64,000 bases of DNA from Alphaproteobacteria bacterium (GTDB taxonomy: Bacteria > Pseudomonadota > Alphaproteobacteria > MPNO01 > UBA830). Under the pieces are notes generated by a model. That model was not told the DNA's origin. It ran no database searches and saw nothing but the letters and a program-made list of their open reading frames with translations. The translations under genes were made by a program, and so were the position numbers. The number at the start of each line of letters is the position of its first letter. Position 1 is the first letter of the stretch. This document shows positions 12,740 through 22,837 of the stretch, piece after piece. The stretch is taken from contig OZ251539.1 in assembly GCA_965243135.1 (NCBI GenBank), positions 288,001 through 352,000 on the forward strand, given 5' to 3'.

Positions 12740-13035
12740 CTTTCCGGCCGTGACCGACGGCATCCTGACCGCGCTGGCCGAAGGGCGCGAACGGCTCGGC
12801 GTCGCCTCGCCGCTCTCCAAGCTCCGCGGGGTCACCGACCTCCGGCGAAATCCGCTGAAGCGCATGGCCGCGCTTAAGGCCGCCGTCAACTCGGACGACC
12901 CGTCCAATTTTGGTGGCTGATCGCTGGACAACTTCGCAGTGATCGCCGCCGCGCTCGACCTCGACCGGCTGATCGCCCTGGCTTGGAACTCGACCAAGGG
13001 CTCGTTCCTCGATGAGTCCGCCAGAAAGGCGCCCC
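12740..13035 (+). pseudogene. Adenine/adenosine deaminase C-terminal remnant
   Basis: 'PLSKLR...NPLKRM...VNSDDPSNFGG*..DNF...NSTKGSFLD' resembles the add C-terminus (NSDDP motif) with an in-frame stop. Confidence 0.65.
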
Positions 13036-13113
13036 GGACAGGCCGCCGCAGCTGCGGAGTGAACCCAGAGCGCAGGTCCGAAGGCGAACGCCGCCGCTCA
13101 GAGCCGCTGCGCT

Positions 13114-13495
13114 TCATGCCCTGCTCTCGGTGCGCAGTCCGCCGACGCGTTCGAATTCCCGGGTGTTGTTGGTCACCAGGGTCAGGCCCCGACTGCGGGC
13201 GTGTCCGGCGATCATCAAGTCGTAGGGCGGTGTGCCGGTTCGCTCCGGCCCTGATTTCACCATAATGCGCCGCCGCTTTTTCTTCGAACGGAAGGACCTC
13301 CAGCCACGCGGCGAAAGACCCGACCACGCCGAGGTTTCGTGCCGACGATTCGGATTTTGCCGCGCCGTAATGCAGTTCCGCCAGACTGACCGACGAAATA
13401 CGCAATTGCTCCGCGCGCTCGTTGAAGATCCGCCTGACTTCGGACGGCCGGTCGACGTAAATGCAGATGTTCGTGTCGAGCATGTAGCGGAGCAC
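13114..13495 (-). pseudogene. vapC: VapC PIN toxin, frameshifted (copy 1)
   Basis: 'YMLDTNICIY', 'ISSVSLAELHYG'; C-terminal 'LVTNN..EFERVGGL' is in another frame. Confidence 0.85.
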
Positions 13496-13720
13496 CTACA
13501 CGCCCTCGCGCTCCTGCATGGGCAGCTGCGCGAGATCGCTCATGAAATCGGCCCGCGGGCCGTCGAAGAAGCTGTCCCATAGCGCATCCGCGGGCGTAAT
13601 CAGTCGCGCTTGGCCGAGCTTGATGATCCGAACGCGTTTGACGTTTTCCGGCAGCGCAACCGCCTTGGGCAGACGGATAGCCTGACTCTTGTCGATTATG
13701 AAGACGGTGGCGTGATCCAT
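13496..13720 (-). CDS. vapB: VapB (AbrB-fold) antitoxin (copy 1)
   Basis: 'SQAIRLPKAVALP', 'WDSFFDGP', 'QERE'. Confidence 0.9.
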   Translation of the reverse strand: MDHATVFIIDKSQAIRLPKAVALPENVKRVRIIKLGQARLITPADALWDSFFDGPRADFMSDLAQLPMQEREGV

Positions 13721-14447
13721 TGATTCGATGCCCGTCGAAGGTGACTTTCCAGACTGTATACCGCGCCTCGGAAGGCGTCAATGCAATGCGCGACGCCCTG
13801 CTGCCGCGTCGACCGAAGTAGCGTCGTTCCCTCCGAGATGTCTTCCGCTTTGTTGGCTTTTCGTTTGGCTCAATTTGCAATTCGTATTGACGAAGAGTTA
13901 CAGCCAAACAAGTCCTGAGCAGCTTCCTTGAGAGCAAGGAACCCCGACGGTATGGTCCGGCAGTTGCCGGAGCAACGGAGGGCCTCAACGTTTCCCGGAC
14001 GGCTCAAGCTTGCGCGGCCCGCCGCCGCGCCGGCGGCGGTCGACAACGCCACGGCCCTGCCTCGGGTCGAAAACCTCCCGTCCCCTCGTCCCCACCGACG
14101 AGCCCCCGAGCTTCGGCAGCGGGTCGGCGAAGACCTTCGTCACCAACATCCAATCTCCGAGATCCCGGCCGTGAGCGGCGGCGGGGCTGTCTCCTACACC
14201 GCCTCCGGCCTACCGGCGGGGCGCAGACGGTCACCGTCACCGCGCAGGACGCGAACCGGGCCGTGCGACCAGTGTGCACGCTCCGGCCACGCGCCGCCCA
14301 CCCAGGCGAGGCTGCGCAGTGCCGTCAGCACCGCGTGATACGCGATGTTCCATTGCTTGCCATGGCGGAGACAGTGCACTAATTTTGGAATCATGGTTTC
14401 TGACACGGGACAAGACAATGACTCCACTGCCACAAGAAGCCGGAGGC

Positions 14448-15161
14448 ATGGAACCGATGTCGGGTTACGCGGAAGCACGGCGTTTTGACGCGGCGCGCGC
14501 CAAGACGCCGGAACCCCCGCTCGGTATGCGCGTGCGGCACGCGTCTCATCCTTATCCCCATATTCGCCTTTATCCGTTGCTGGATGGCGTCTTGGCGGAG
14601 GGCATGCTGTCATGGCTGTGCGACACGGAAGCATGGCGGCGGCGGGACCGGTCATTCTATCGGCACGACTCGTTTGCCGTGACGCCTGGCGTTATACCGC
14701 CGGATCTTCGGGCGGCCGTATCTCCGCGGTGGTTGACACCGCTGCGCGAGGTACTGCAATCGCATCTCGACGTGAAACTCCATTCGTTTGCGTGGGTGGA
14801 AGCGCATCGCTCGTCCTCGCAGGACGAAGTCGGTGTCCATACCGATGCCGGCGCAAACGAAGTACGCGTTGTGCTCAATCTCAACGCGGGCTGGACCGCG
14901 AACCACGGCGGTCTGCTTCTGTTGCAGGATCGTCCGGTGTCGCCGTGCCACTGCGTCGGCTATCTCCCGCTTCACAATACCGCCACGGCGTTCCGTACGA
15001 CCGCCGTTTCATACCATCAGGTATCGCATATCAGGGAAGGCCAACGCTACGCTTTGCTATACCGGTTTCCGATTGATGGACCACCAGCGGCAGAAACTGA
15101 TGGACGCCGGGAAATTCCCATCGTCTTGGTAGGCAATTCTCATCGGTGGCCGTCTTGCTGA
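14448..15161 (+). CDS. 2OG-Fe(II) oxygenase (start uncertain)
   Basis: H-x-D ('VHTD'), distal 'YHQV', 'R-YALLY', 'GGLL'. Confidence 0.8.
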   Translation: MEPMSGYAEARRFDAARAKTPEPPLGMRVRHASHPYPHIRLYPLLDGVLAEGMLSWLCDTEAWRRRDRSFYRHDSFAVTPGVIPPDLRAAVSPRWLTPLREVLQSHLDVKLHSFAWVEAHRSSSQDEVGVHTDAGANEVRVVLNLNAGWTANHGGLLLLQDRPVSPCHCVGYLPLHNTATAFRTTAVSYHQVSHIREGQRYALLYRFPIDGPPAAETDGRREIPIVLVGNSHRWPSC

Positions 15162-15191
15162 TGATTTTCATGATTTTCGAGTAAACGCCAG

Positions 15192-15983
15192 ATGAGACGG
15201 GAGCAAATCTTCGAGTACTGGCAGGGAAGACCACTCAAATTTAGAGTAGTAATATCTTTTCTTGTTATAGCGTTTGGGATAATAGCTTTTTTGATCGGAA
15301 TAATTTTGGACTATGTAAAGCCGGGAGAAAATTTTTTTCTTGCACTTACAAATACACTTCTTGCTGCGGGAATTACCCTTTTGGTTTATGCGTTTATCTC
15401 GTTTTTGGAGAAACCGGAAAAAGACTTGGAAATTCCGGATATCTTTTACACAGCAGCCCAAAAGCAGGTTTCCAGAACTCAGTTTTACCGAACGGATTGT
15501 AAAGTAAATTTTGTTGTAGAAAATAACGAATTTCATTTTAATTCATATTCTAGCTTAATTCAGATTCATCAGCAGGGTAGCGCAAGACCTACAATACCTT
15601 ATCCAAGTGGGGAGGTCCCCAAAAACCTGAAACTTATTACAGGTCCTGTATATTATCGTGATGGAATAGAGCAGCCGAAAAATAAGCCGATCGAAATCGG
15701 AAGAGAAGAAAGAGTCAAGATCGAATATGAAATCATAGGAGGAGAGATCGGGGATACTCATAACTGGAAAAGCCCCGTGCATGGTTTCGAGCTAACAGCC
15801 CAGCTTCCCCTTGGGTCCGCAATGGAAGTTTTCGCGCTTTCGTCGTCCAGCTCCGGGTATGGCGAGGAATCAATTGATAACTCATATACTAAGGAAGGTG
15901 GATGGTTGTTTAGATACGACAAGCCTTTGTTTCCACATCAAGGATTTCGTTGGAAGATAATTCTCCCCAGCGATTCCTGCTAA
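15192..15983 (+). CDS. Hypothetical membrane protein (two N-terminal TM helices plus beta-rich domain), low GC
   Basis: 263-aa ORF in an AT-rich patch; two hydrophobic stretches. Confidence 0.75.
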   Translation: MRREQIFEYWQGRPLKFRVVISFLVIAFGIIAFLIGIILDYVKPGENFFLALTNTLLAAGITLLVYAFISFLEKPEKDLEIPDIFYTAAQKQVSRTQFYRTDCKVNFVVENNEFHFNSYSSLIQIHQQGSARPTIPYPSGEVPKNLKLITGPVYYRDGIEQPKNKPIEIGREERVKIEYEIIGGEIGDTHNWKSPVHGFELTAQLPLGSAMEVFALSSSSSGYGEESIDNSYTKEGGWLFRYDKPLFPHQGFRWKIILPSDSC

Positions 15984-16239
15984 AAGGCGACAGACTTTCT
16001 CGGGCGAACCAGCTCTTGGTCAAAGTTGCGATGGAAACCCTTGATCCGCGAGAACGGCCACGCACAGAACTTGAAATTCTCCTGTCACGCATATTCACCG
16101 TCCAAGCCATCGCGTGCGACATGAAAAGGGTGTGGAGGATACAAATCTGATACCGCCAAACCCGAAACAGCCATTGATTGTCAACAGCTATTCGAGTACA
16201 GGCTGCGACGCTTCAAGGCCAGCGACTTCGTGGCATAAC

Positions 16240-16400
16240 ACCGTTCTCGGCGCGAATTTTGGCACGGGGCCGGAAGACAAAAAAGAATGCTTCTAGCGCA
16301 TGGCAGAACGTGGCCCTCAACCCGATCTCGCAATCTTCGAATGGTTTGTCCCTTTTGATTCTCTCTCGGGAGACCGCCGGGGCGCTGCGGGCGTTCGCGG
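16240..16400 (+). repeat. Degenerate dispersed repeat, similar to ~29137-29320
   Basis: Shared 'ggcacgggccgga.g.caaaaa.gaatgct' and 'ttgtccctt...ttctctctcg.ga.accgccg.ggcgctgc'. Confidence 0.65.
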
Positions 16401-16661
16401 CATGCGGCGAATGCGCCTGCGTTCAGGCCACGGCCCGGCTCGCCCCGGGTTTGCGACGCGGCGGCGCGGCAACCGGATATTCGTTTTTTGTTCTGAAATC
16501 TGAGCGTCCGCGAGGCCCTTGCGGGTCCGTCGGCGGGCGGCGAAACGGTCCACAGGATGCCGAGCGGACGGCAGGCCGACAAAAAATGGCACAGCGCAAA
16601 CGACTCTCTGTCGAGGCTCGGTGGGCAAACGCGCGGGGACGGCGTATGCTGCGTTGCGACG

Positions 16662-17456
16662 ATGAAACAAACGCTGGCCATCCGCTCGCCTGACGCTCGA
16701 ACGATCAGGCTTCCGACCTGCAGAGTCGAAGTTTCGCGCTTTGGGCGCGGGCGTCCAGTGCTCGTTCTTCACGGCGAAGAGGGGTACGAACTGTCCCTGC
16801 CGTTCGTCGACGATCTTGCGAGGCGGCGGGAGGTGTTCGCGCCGCGCATGCCGGGATTCGGAAAATCGCCAATGCCGGAATTCGTTCGCAGCGTGGACGA
16901 CGTTTCCTATATCTGGCTCGACCTTCTCGATCATTACGATCTGACGGACCTCGACGTGATCGGCTTTTCGGTCGGCGGCTGGCTCGCGGCCGAGATGGCG
17001 ACCAAGAACGGCGCCCGGCTCCGGCGGCTGGTTCTGGCAGGGGCGCTTGGCGTCAAGTTCGGCGGCGCCTACGATCGCGACATTGCGGACATCTATTTTC
17101 ATAGCGTCGAAGAAGTTCGTGCGATGCGCTTTCACGATACGGGGAAGGATCCGCATTCGTTCGGGATGTCGAAGCGCGAAGCGCTGGCAGTCGCGCGGCA
17201 ACGCGAAGCCATCGCCCGGCTGTGTTGGGATCCCTATTTCCACAATCCTTCGTTGCGGCGCAGGTTGCACCGGATCGACGTTCCCACCCTTGTCGTGTGG
17301 GGCGCGCAGGACGGCATAACTCCGCTGCGGTACGGCCGCGCCTACGCCCGCTCCATATCCGGAGCGCGCTTCGCGACCGTGCCGCGCGCCGGACATTTTC
17401 CGCATGTTGAACAGCCGCAGCGCTTTGCCGGCGTGATCGACGAGTTTCTCGCCTGA
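16662..17456 (+). CDS. Alpha/beta fold hydrolase
   Basis: 'LVLHGE', GFSVGG nucleophile elbow, 'WGAQD', 'GHFPH'. Confidence 0.9.
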   Translation: MKQTLAIRSPDARTIRLPTCRVEVSRFGRGRPVLVLHGEEGYELSLPFVDDLARRREVFAPRMPGFGKSPMPEFVRSVDDVSYIWLDLLDHYDLTDLDVIGFSVGGWLAAEMATKNGARLRRLVLAGALGVKFGGAYDRDIADIYFHSVEEVRAMRFHDTGKDPHSFGMSKREALAVARQREAIARLCWDPYFHNPSLRRRLHRIDVPTLVVWGAQDGITPLRYGRAYARSISGARFATVPRAGHFPHVEQPQRFAGVIDEFLA

Positions 17457-17457
17457 G

Positions 17458-18624
17458 GTGCGGCGCGTGGAGTTCTATCATTTCACCGAGTTCCCCTGGC
17501 CGCATCTGCCGCCCGAAGACCGATTCACCTCGATGCGACTCAATCTTCCGAGCGGCTTATACGACCCCGCCGTCGGCGCCGATCTATACAACACATACCT
17601 CGACCAGTACCTGCTGGCGGACACGCTCGGACTGCACTGCATGGTCAACGAGCATCACCAGACGGCCACTTGCCTCAACGCTTCGGGCGTGGTGCCGCTG
17701 GCGATCCTCGCGCGGCAGACAACGAAGGCGCGGCTGCTGGTCCTTGGGAATCCCGCTGCGAATCTCGCCGATCCGGTGCGCTGCGCCGAGGAAATGGCGA
17801 TGATCGACAACATTTCCTACGGCCGCCTCGAGTGCGGTTTCGTGCGAGGCGTGCCTTACGAATTGTTCGCTTCCAATCGCAATCCGACCGAAACCTCCGA
17901 ACGGCTGTGGGATTCGATCGATCTGGTCATCAAGGCATGGACCACGCACGACGGTCCGTTCAACTATGAGGGCAAGTGGATTCACAAGCGCCAAGTGAAC
18001 GTCTGGCCGCGTCCCTACCAGCAACCGCACCCGCCGGTCTGGACGACGGGCGGCAGCGATCTGGCGCATGCCTGCCGCGCGGTCGGACGCGGCTTCACCT
18101 TCGCCATGTTTCTGACCCCTGCCGACAAGCTGGCCGCGATGTTCAACGGCGTGCGCGAGCATTTCCGTCGCCACGGCCGGCCGATGCCGGCGGACGACCG
18201 GTTCGCTTTCATGCCGCTGGTTGCGGTCGGCGAGACCGAGAAGGAGGCTCGCGAGGTGATCGAACAGGTGTTCTGGTACGTGACGAACAACAAGTCGGAG
18301 CCTCAATTCCGCGCGCCGCCCGGCTATATCGAGACGCCGCTTTACGCCGATTTTCTGGCTGGCCGCTTCACAGGCGGCCGCACGGATGCCGTTCGCGCCC
18401 GCGGGGTGGAGTACTTTCGCGACAATCATGTCGCCCTTTACGGCACGCCCGACAGCGTCGCGCGCCAGATCGAGGCGCTGTACGAGAAAATCGGCGGGTT
18501 CGGCCACCTCATCGCCATGCTGCATTCCGGTGACATGGACTTCCAGACGACGGCGAAGAGCATGACGCTGTTCGCTAAGGAGGTCGTGCCGAGGTTTTCA
18601 AAAGGGTACGCGGGGCAGCGGTGA
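17458..18624 (+). CDS. LLM-class (luciferase-like) flavin-dependent oxidoreductase
   Basis: 'VNEHHQT', 'AEEMAMIDNISYGRL', 'PRPYQQPHPP'. Confidence 0.93.
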   Translation: MRRVEFYHFTEFPWPHLPPEDRFTSMRLNLPSGLYDPAVGADLYNTYLDQYLLADTLGLHCMVNEHHQTATCLNASGVVPLAILARQTTKARLLVLGNPAANLADPVRCAEEMAMIDNISYGRLECGFVRGVPYELFASNRNPTETSERLWDSIDLVIKAWTTHDGPFNYEGKWIHKRQVNVWPRPYQQPHPPVWTTGGSDLAHACRAVGRGFTFAMFLTPADKLAAMFNGVREHFRRHGRPMPADDRFAFMPLVAVGETEKEAREVIEQVFWYVTNNKSEPQFRAPPGYIETPLYADFLAGRFTGGRTDAVRARGVEYFRDNHVALYGTPDSVARQIEALYEKIGGFGHLIAMLHSGDMDFQTTAKSMTLFAKEVVPRFSKGYAGQR

Positions 18625-18967
18625 GAGCGCCCCCGGTTCCTGGGTGTTGTTGGTCACCAGGGTCAGGCTCGGGCGTGTCCGGCGATCGTCAAGTCGTAGG
18701 GCGGTGTGCCGGTTCGCCGGCCCTGATTTCACCATAACGCGCCGCCGCTTTTTCTTCGAACGGAAGGACCTCCAGCCGCGCGGCGAAAGATCCGACCACG
18801 CCAAGGTTTCGTGCCGACGATTCGGATTTTGCCGCTCCGTAATGCAGCTCCGCCTGACTGACCGACGAAATGCACAATTGCTCCGCGCGCTCGTTGAAGA
18901 TCCGCCTGACTTCGGACGGCCGGTCAACGTAAATGCAGATGTTCGTGTCGAGCATGTAGCGGAGCAC
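18625..18967 (-). pseudogene. vapC: VapC toxin, frameshifted and truncated (copy 2)
   Basis: Near-identical to copy 1, with the same frameshift. Confidence 0.85.
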
Positions 18968-19192
18968 CTACATGCCCTCGCGTTCCTGCATGGGCGGCTG
19001 CGCGCGATCGCTCATGAAATCGGCCCGCGGGCCGTCGAAGAAGCTGTCCCATAGCGCATCCGCGGGCGTAATCAGTCGTGCTTGGCCGAGCTTGATGATC
19101 CGAACGCGTTTGACGTTTCCCGGCAGCGCAACCGCCTTGGGCAGACGGATGGCCTGACTCTTGTCGATCATGAAGACGGTGGCGTGATCCAT
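18968..19192 (-). CDS. vapB: VapB antitoxin (copy 2)
   Basis: Near-identical to 13496-13720. Confidence 0.9.
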   Translation of the reverse strand: MDHATVFMIDKSQAIRLPKAVALPGNVKRVRIIKLGQARLITPADALWDSFFDGPRADFMSDRAQPPMQEREGM

Positions 19193-19348
19193 TGATTCGA
19201 TGCCCGTCGAAGGTGACTTCCCAGACTGTATACCACGCCTCGGAAGGCGTCAATGCAGTGCGCGACGCCCTGCTGCCGCGTCGACCGAAGTAGCGTCGTT
19301 CCCTCCGAGATGTCTTCCGCTTCGTTGGCTTTTCGTTTTGCTCAATTT

Positions 19349-19580
19349 CAGAACTCCTGACATGCTGCCCGATAATCGGTTGTTTTTGTTTATTCTTTGT
19401 GCAATCGCCATTAAATATTTTATTGAACACGCGTCAGGGCGGCATGGTCGCGCCTTGTCTTCTTGCTCGACAACGCAGTCTCGTTCGCGGCTACCTTCGG
19501 CTTTTCGAGCGGTCCATCACCGCGCCTTTCCCAAGAAGTGTCGAACGTCCAGTAAAAATCTAACAATGTCAGGAGTTCTG
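19349..19580. mobile_element. 232-bp MITE with 15-bp perfect TIR and 5-bp TSD
   Basis: TIR cagaactcctgacat/atgtcaggagttctg; AATTT at 19344-19348 and 19581-19585; a single AATTT at the paralogous site 13872-13876. Confidence 0.92.
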
Positions 19581-19599
19581 AATTTGCAATTCGTATTAA

Positions 19600-20075
19600 C
19601 GAAGAGTCACAGCCAAACAAGTCCTGAGCAGCTTCCTTGAGAGCAAGGAACCCCGACGGTATGGTCCGGCAGTTGCCGGAGCAAGGCGGAGTTGCCGGAC
19701 TTCGGAGAGCGCCTCGGTTACGGTGGCAAGGCGGTGGACAGCCACTCGACGGGACAGGCCAGCCGCAAGACGGGAAAGACTTCCGACCCCGACTGGGGGA
19801 AGCACGAGACCGCCGGCAGCGAGACCGGCAAGATGAAGTCGTAGTCTGGGTTCTGGCTGCACGTGGATGCCAAGTACGAAATCCCGGTGGTCTTCGACGT
19901 TGCCCGGGCATCACGATCCGAGGTCAAGGAACCGAACGGGGACAGGTTGCTCGAGGAAACCCCGCTGCTGGCCGGGCGCTGCAAGGACTTCAGCGTGGAC
20001 CAGGGGCTCGACAGCGGGCCGCTCAAGGCGAAGTCGCGGGACGAGTTTAGCATCCGCCCGTTGATCGACACGCGG
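19600..20075 (+). pseudogene. DDE transposase remnant (IS5/IS1182-like)
   Basis: 'DPDWGKHE', 'DAKYEIPVVFDV', 'DFSVDQGLDSG...IRPLIDTR' with stops. Confidence 0.65.
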
Positions 20076-20195
20076 TGGCGCGTCCCTTTCGCCGGACTTT
20101 CGCCCGGCGCGTCCGTTCGCCGCGCCCGAAGCACGAAGCGCAGGCCGAACCCGCGGCGGCGTTCTTTCGCGGAGGCGGCCGTGACGGGACGCCGT

Positions 20196-21731
20196 TCAGG
20201 CGGTCTCGCAATCGAAGCCGACGACGTTGCGCTCTTCGCGGCTGAACTCCACCCCGATCAGGTGGACCGAACGCCCGAGATGGCGGTATTTGTCCGCGTA
20301 GCCCTTCTCCCGCAACTGCGCGAGCGCGGTCCCCTCCCGCCCGCGCTCCACCACCTTGAACTCGAACAGGTAGACGCGCCCGCCGGCGCGGACCGCCATG
20401 TCGGCGCGCCCCCGGCTGCCGCTGTCCTCCGCGACCGGCTCGAAGCCCTCCATCAGGAAGCAGCTGTGGATGACGCTCGCGTAGTGGGCCTCGTACTTCG
20501 CGACGGGGCTGTTCATGTACCACTGGTGCGGGATGGCGGCGAAAACGCCGCGGAACAGGGTCCCGAGGCGCTCGAAGTCGTTCGCTTCCAGCAGTTCGCC
20601 CAGCCGCAGGCGCGCCGTCTTCTTGCGCGCCTCGTACGGGAGCAGTTCTCCCAGCAGGGCCTCGCCCAGGCTCCGGCGCACCTCGAGGTTCGGGTAGTCC
20701 AGCCTGTAGCGCCCGTCCTCCTCGCCGGCGATGGTGAGGTAGCCGGTCTGGAACAGAAGCGCCTCGACCGAGATATTGTCCACGTCGAAGGCCGAGAGCA
20801 GGCTCTCGCTGCCGGCCATGCCGTCCAGATCGGGAGTGGGCAGGTCGCGGCGCGTCAGCGTCTCGATCAGGAAGGTCGGCGTGCCGCTATGGAACCAGTA
20901 GTTGCCGAACTTGCGTTTGTCGAACAGCAGCAGGAGGCCGAACGGGTTGTAGACCCTCTCCGGTCCGAGCCAGTTGTAGCCGTTGTACCAGCGGCGGATT
21001 TCGTCCCGGTCCAGGCCCTCCAGTTCCGGGGCGAAGACCGCGTCCAGTTCCGCGTCCGTGTAACCGCAGATGGCGCCGTAGCGCTCGTCCAGCGTGATGT
21101 CGTTCAGGTTGTTCAGGCCCGAGAACAGGCCCGCCTGCGAGAACTTGCTCACCCCCGTCAGGAAAACGAAACGGAGATGCCTGTCGCAGTCCTTGATCGC
21201 CCCGTACAGGCTGCGCAGGAAGTCGCGGTTGGCCCGCGCCAGCTCCCGGTCGCCGAGCGCGTCCAGGATCGGCTTGTCGTATTCGTCCACCAGAACGACC
21301 GCCCGCCGTCCGGTGCGCTCGTGCAAGGCCTCGATCAATTCCCCGAAACGGTTCGACGCCTCGACGGGATCCGGTTCGAGGCCGACGCGCCTCTCCGCCG
21401 CCGCCAGCTGCCTTTCCACGGTTATCCGAACCCCGTCCGGCGCACGGAAATTGCCCCTGCCGAAACTGAGCCGCACGACCGGATGGCGCGCCGACCAGTC
21501 CCACCCGTCGTGCACGGCGAGGCCCCGGAACAACTCCTCGCTTCCCTCGAACAACTCCTGCAGCGTGTCCACCAGCAGGGTCTTGCCGAACCGGCGCGGA
21601 CGCGACAGGAAGTAGTACTTGCCCCTCTCGACGAGGCGGCGCGCATGGTCCGTCTTGTCGACGTAGTAGCAGTCCATCCCCCGGATCTCCCGGAGGGAGG
21701 AAAAGCCGATCGGAAGCATGCGTTTCGTCAT
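20196..21731 (-). CDS. AAA-ATPase-like protein with C-terminal PD-(D/E)XK nuclease domain
   Basis: 'YYVDKT', 'RPRRFGKTL', 'VDEYDKP', 'GRADM..FEFK', 'ALAQL'. Confidence 0.92.
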   Translation of the reverse strand: MTKRMLPIGFSSLREIRGMDCYYVDKTDHARRLVERGKYYFLSRPRRFGKTLLVDTLQELFEGSEELFRGLAVHDGWDWSARHPVVRLSFGRGNFRAPDGVRITVERQLAAAERRVGLEPDPVEASNRFGELIEALHERTGRRAVVLVDEYDKPILDALGDRELARANRDFLRSLYGAIKDCDRHLRFVFLTGVSKFSQAGLFSGLNNLNDITLDERYGAICGYTDAELDAVFAPELEGLDRDEIRRWYNGYNWLGPERVYNPFGLLLLFDKRKFGNYWFHSGTPTFLIETLTRRDLPTPDLDGMAGSESLLSAFDVDNISVEALLFQTGYLTIAGEEDGRYRLDYPNLEVRRSLGEALLGELLPYEARKKTARLRLGELLEANDFERLGTLFRGVFAAIPHQWYMNSPVAKYEAHYASVIHSCFLMEGFEPVAEDSGSRGRADMAVRAGGRVYLFEFKVVERGREGTALAQLREKGYADKYRHLGRSVHLIGVEFSREERNVVGFDCETA

Positions 21732-22044
21732 TCGAAGAGAGTAGGCCGCCGCGCCGGAGCCGTCAAGAAGTCGGCGGTCGCGAGGTACCCACGCCAGGGC
21801 ACGGCGTATGCTGCGTTGCGACGATGAAACGAATGCTGGCCCGCCTGACGCTCGAACGATCAGGCTTCCGACCTGCAGAGGCGAAGTTTCGCGCGGTAGT
21901 GCCGTGCAATTCGCCTGCTGCGAACGTCCGGGGGCGTCGCGGAAACCGAACGTCTTGCAGACTTGGCGGGTCGACGCCGCACGAACTGCGGGAGGCAGCG
22001 GAGGTCGACCGGGGGAAGGCCGGGGCCTGCCGCTGCTGCCGCGG

Positions 22045-22181
22045 CGTTCACCTGCGGTCGGGCTACGCCCTCTCTACGGCGAACGCCCCCCCCCCGGCAC
22101 CTTGATTCACACCGGCCCAGCCTGACACTATCCTCACGACAGAGATTGCCGACCGCCTGTGTTGCGCTTCGGAGTTGATAG
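22045..22181 (+). mobile_element. Solo IS30 right-end remnant
   Basis: Similar to 42936-43075, including 'ttgcgcttcggagttgatag'. Confidence 0.7.
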
Positions 22182-22194
22182 AATGCTGAAGTAT

Positions 22195-22523
22195 GGGTAA
22201 GGGTATACGGCCGGTCGGTTGGTTTGGGGCAGCGCACAAGGTCTATGAAGGTTTTCCAGAGGCCGTTCGCGAACGCGTTAACACGGCTTTGACCGTTGTC
22301 GCGGAGGGTGGAAAGGCGGATATTGCCAAGCCGCTCTAGGGCTTGGGGCGGCGCGGTGCGTCACCGAAGGGGTGCTTGGCGGGTTGTCTACGTTGCCGAG
22401 ATCGCCGGAAAGCTGTGGGTACTGCACGCTTTTCAGAAGAAATCCAAAACGGGCGTCAAGGCTCCGAAAACAGAGATCGACCTTGTCCGGGCGCGTCTCG
22501 GGCGTTTGAGGAAGAAACTATGA
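22195..22523 (+). pseudogene. RelE/ParE (Gp49-like) toxin, internal TAG and deletion
   Basis: 'AKPL*GLG', 'WRVVY...VLHAFQKKSK'. Confidence 0.8.
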
Positions 22524-22837
22524 AGGACGAGGACCTGATCGAGGGTAGCGGTAACGTATTTCGCGATTTCGGGGATCCCGAGGCCGATCTGAAGCAGGCC
22601 AAAGCCATCCTTGCGGCCCGGATCATCGCCGTGTTGGACAAGCGCCGCCTCAGCGCGCTGAAAGCGGCAAGAATGACCGGTTTTGCGGCAGCGGACTTTT
22701 CGTGCGTCCGAAACGCGGACCTCGGCGGCCTCACCCTGGACCAGCTGAAGAAGATGATCGGCGCCTTGGACGATCCCAAAAGAGTGACGGTCCGTGTTGG
22801 TCCGCGTAAGGCAAGCCAGGCGGCGATGGCAAGATAG
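22520..22837 (+). CDS. HTH (XRE/HigA-like) antitoxin
   Basis: 'GSGNVFRDFG', HTH; overlaps the toxin stop. Confidence 0.85.
   Translation: MKDEDLIEGSGNVFRDFGDPEADLKQAKAILAARIIAVLDKRRLSALKAARMTGFAAADFSCVRNADLGGLTLDQLKKMIGALDDPKRVTVRVGPRKASQAAMAR

Noticed and set aside
14110-14260. 'VSYTASGLPAG' putative Ig-domain adhesin fragment
   Set aside because: Too short and fragmented to call
12122-21894. Three-copy repeat or 103-bp tandem as a CRISPR array
   Set aside because: Units are too long, there are no regular unique spacers, and no cas genes are present
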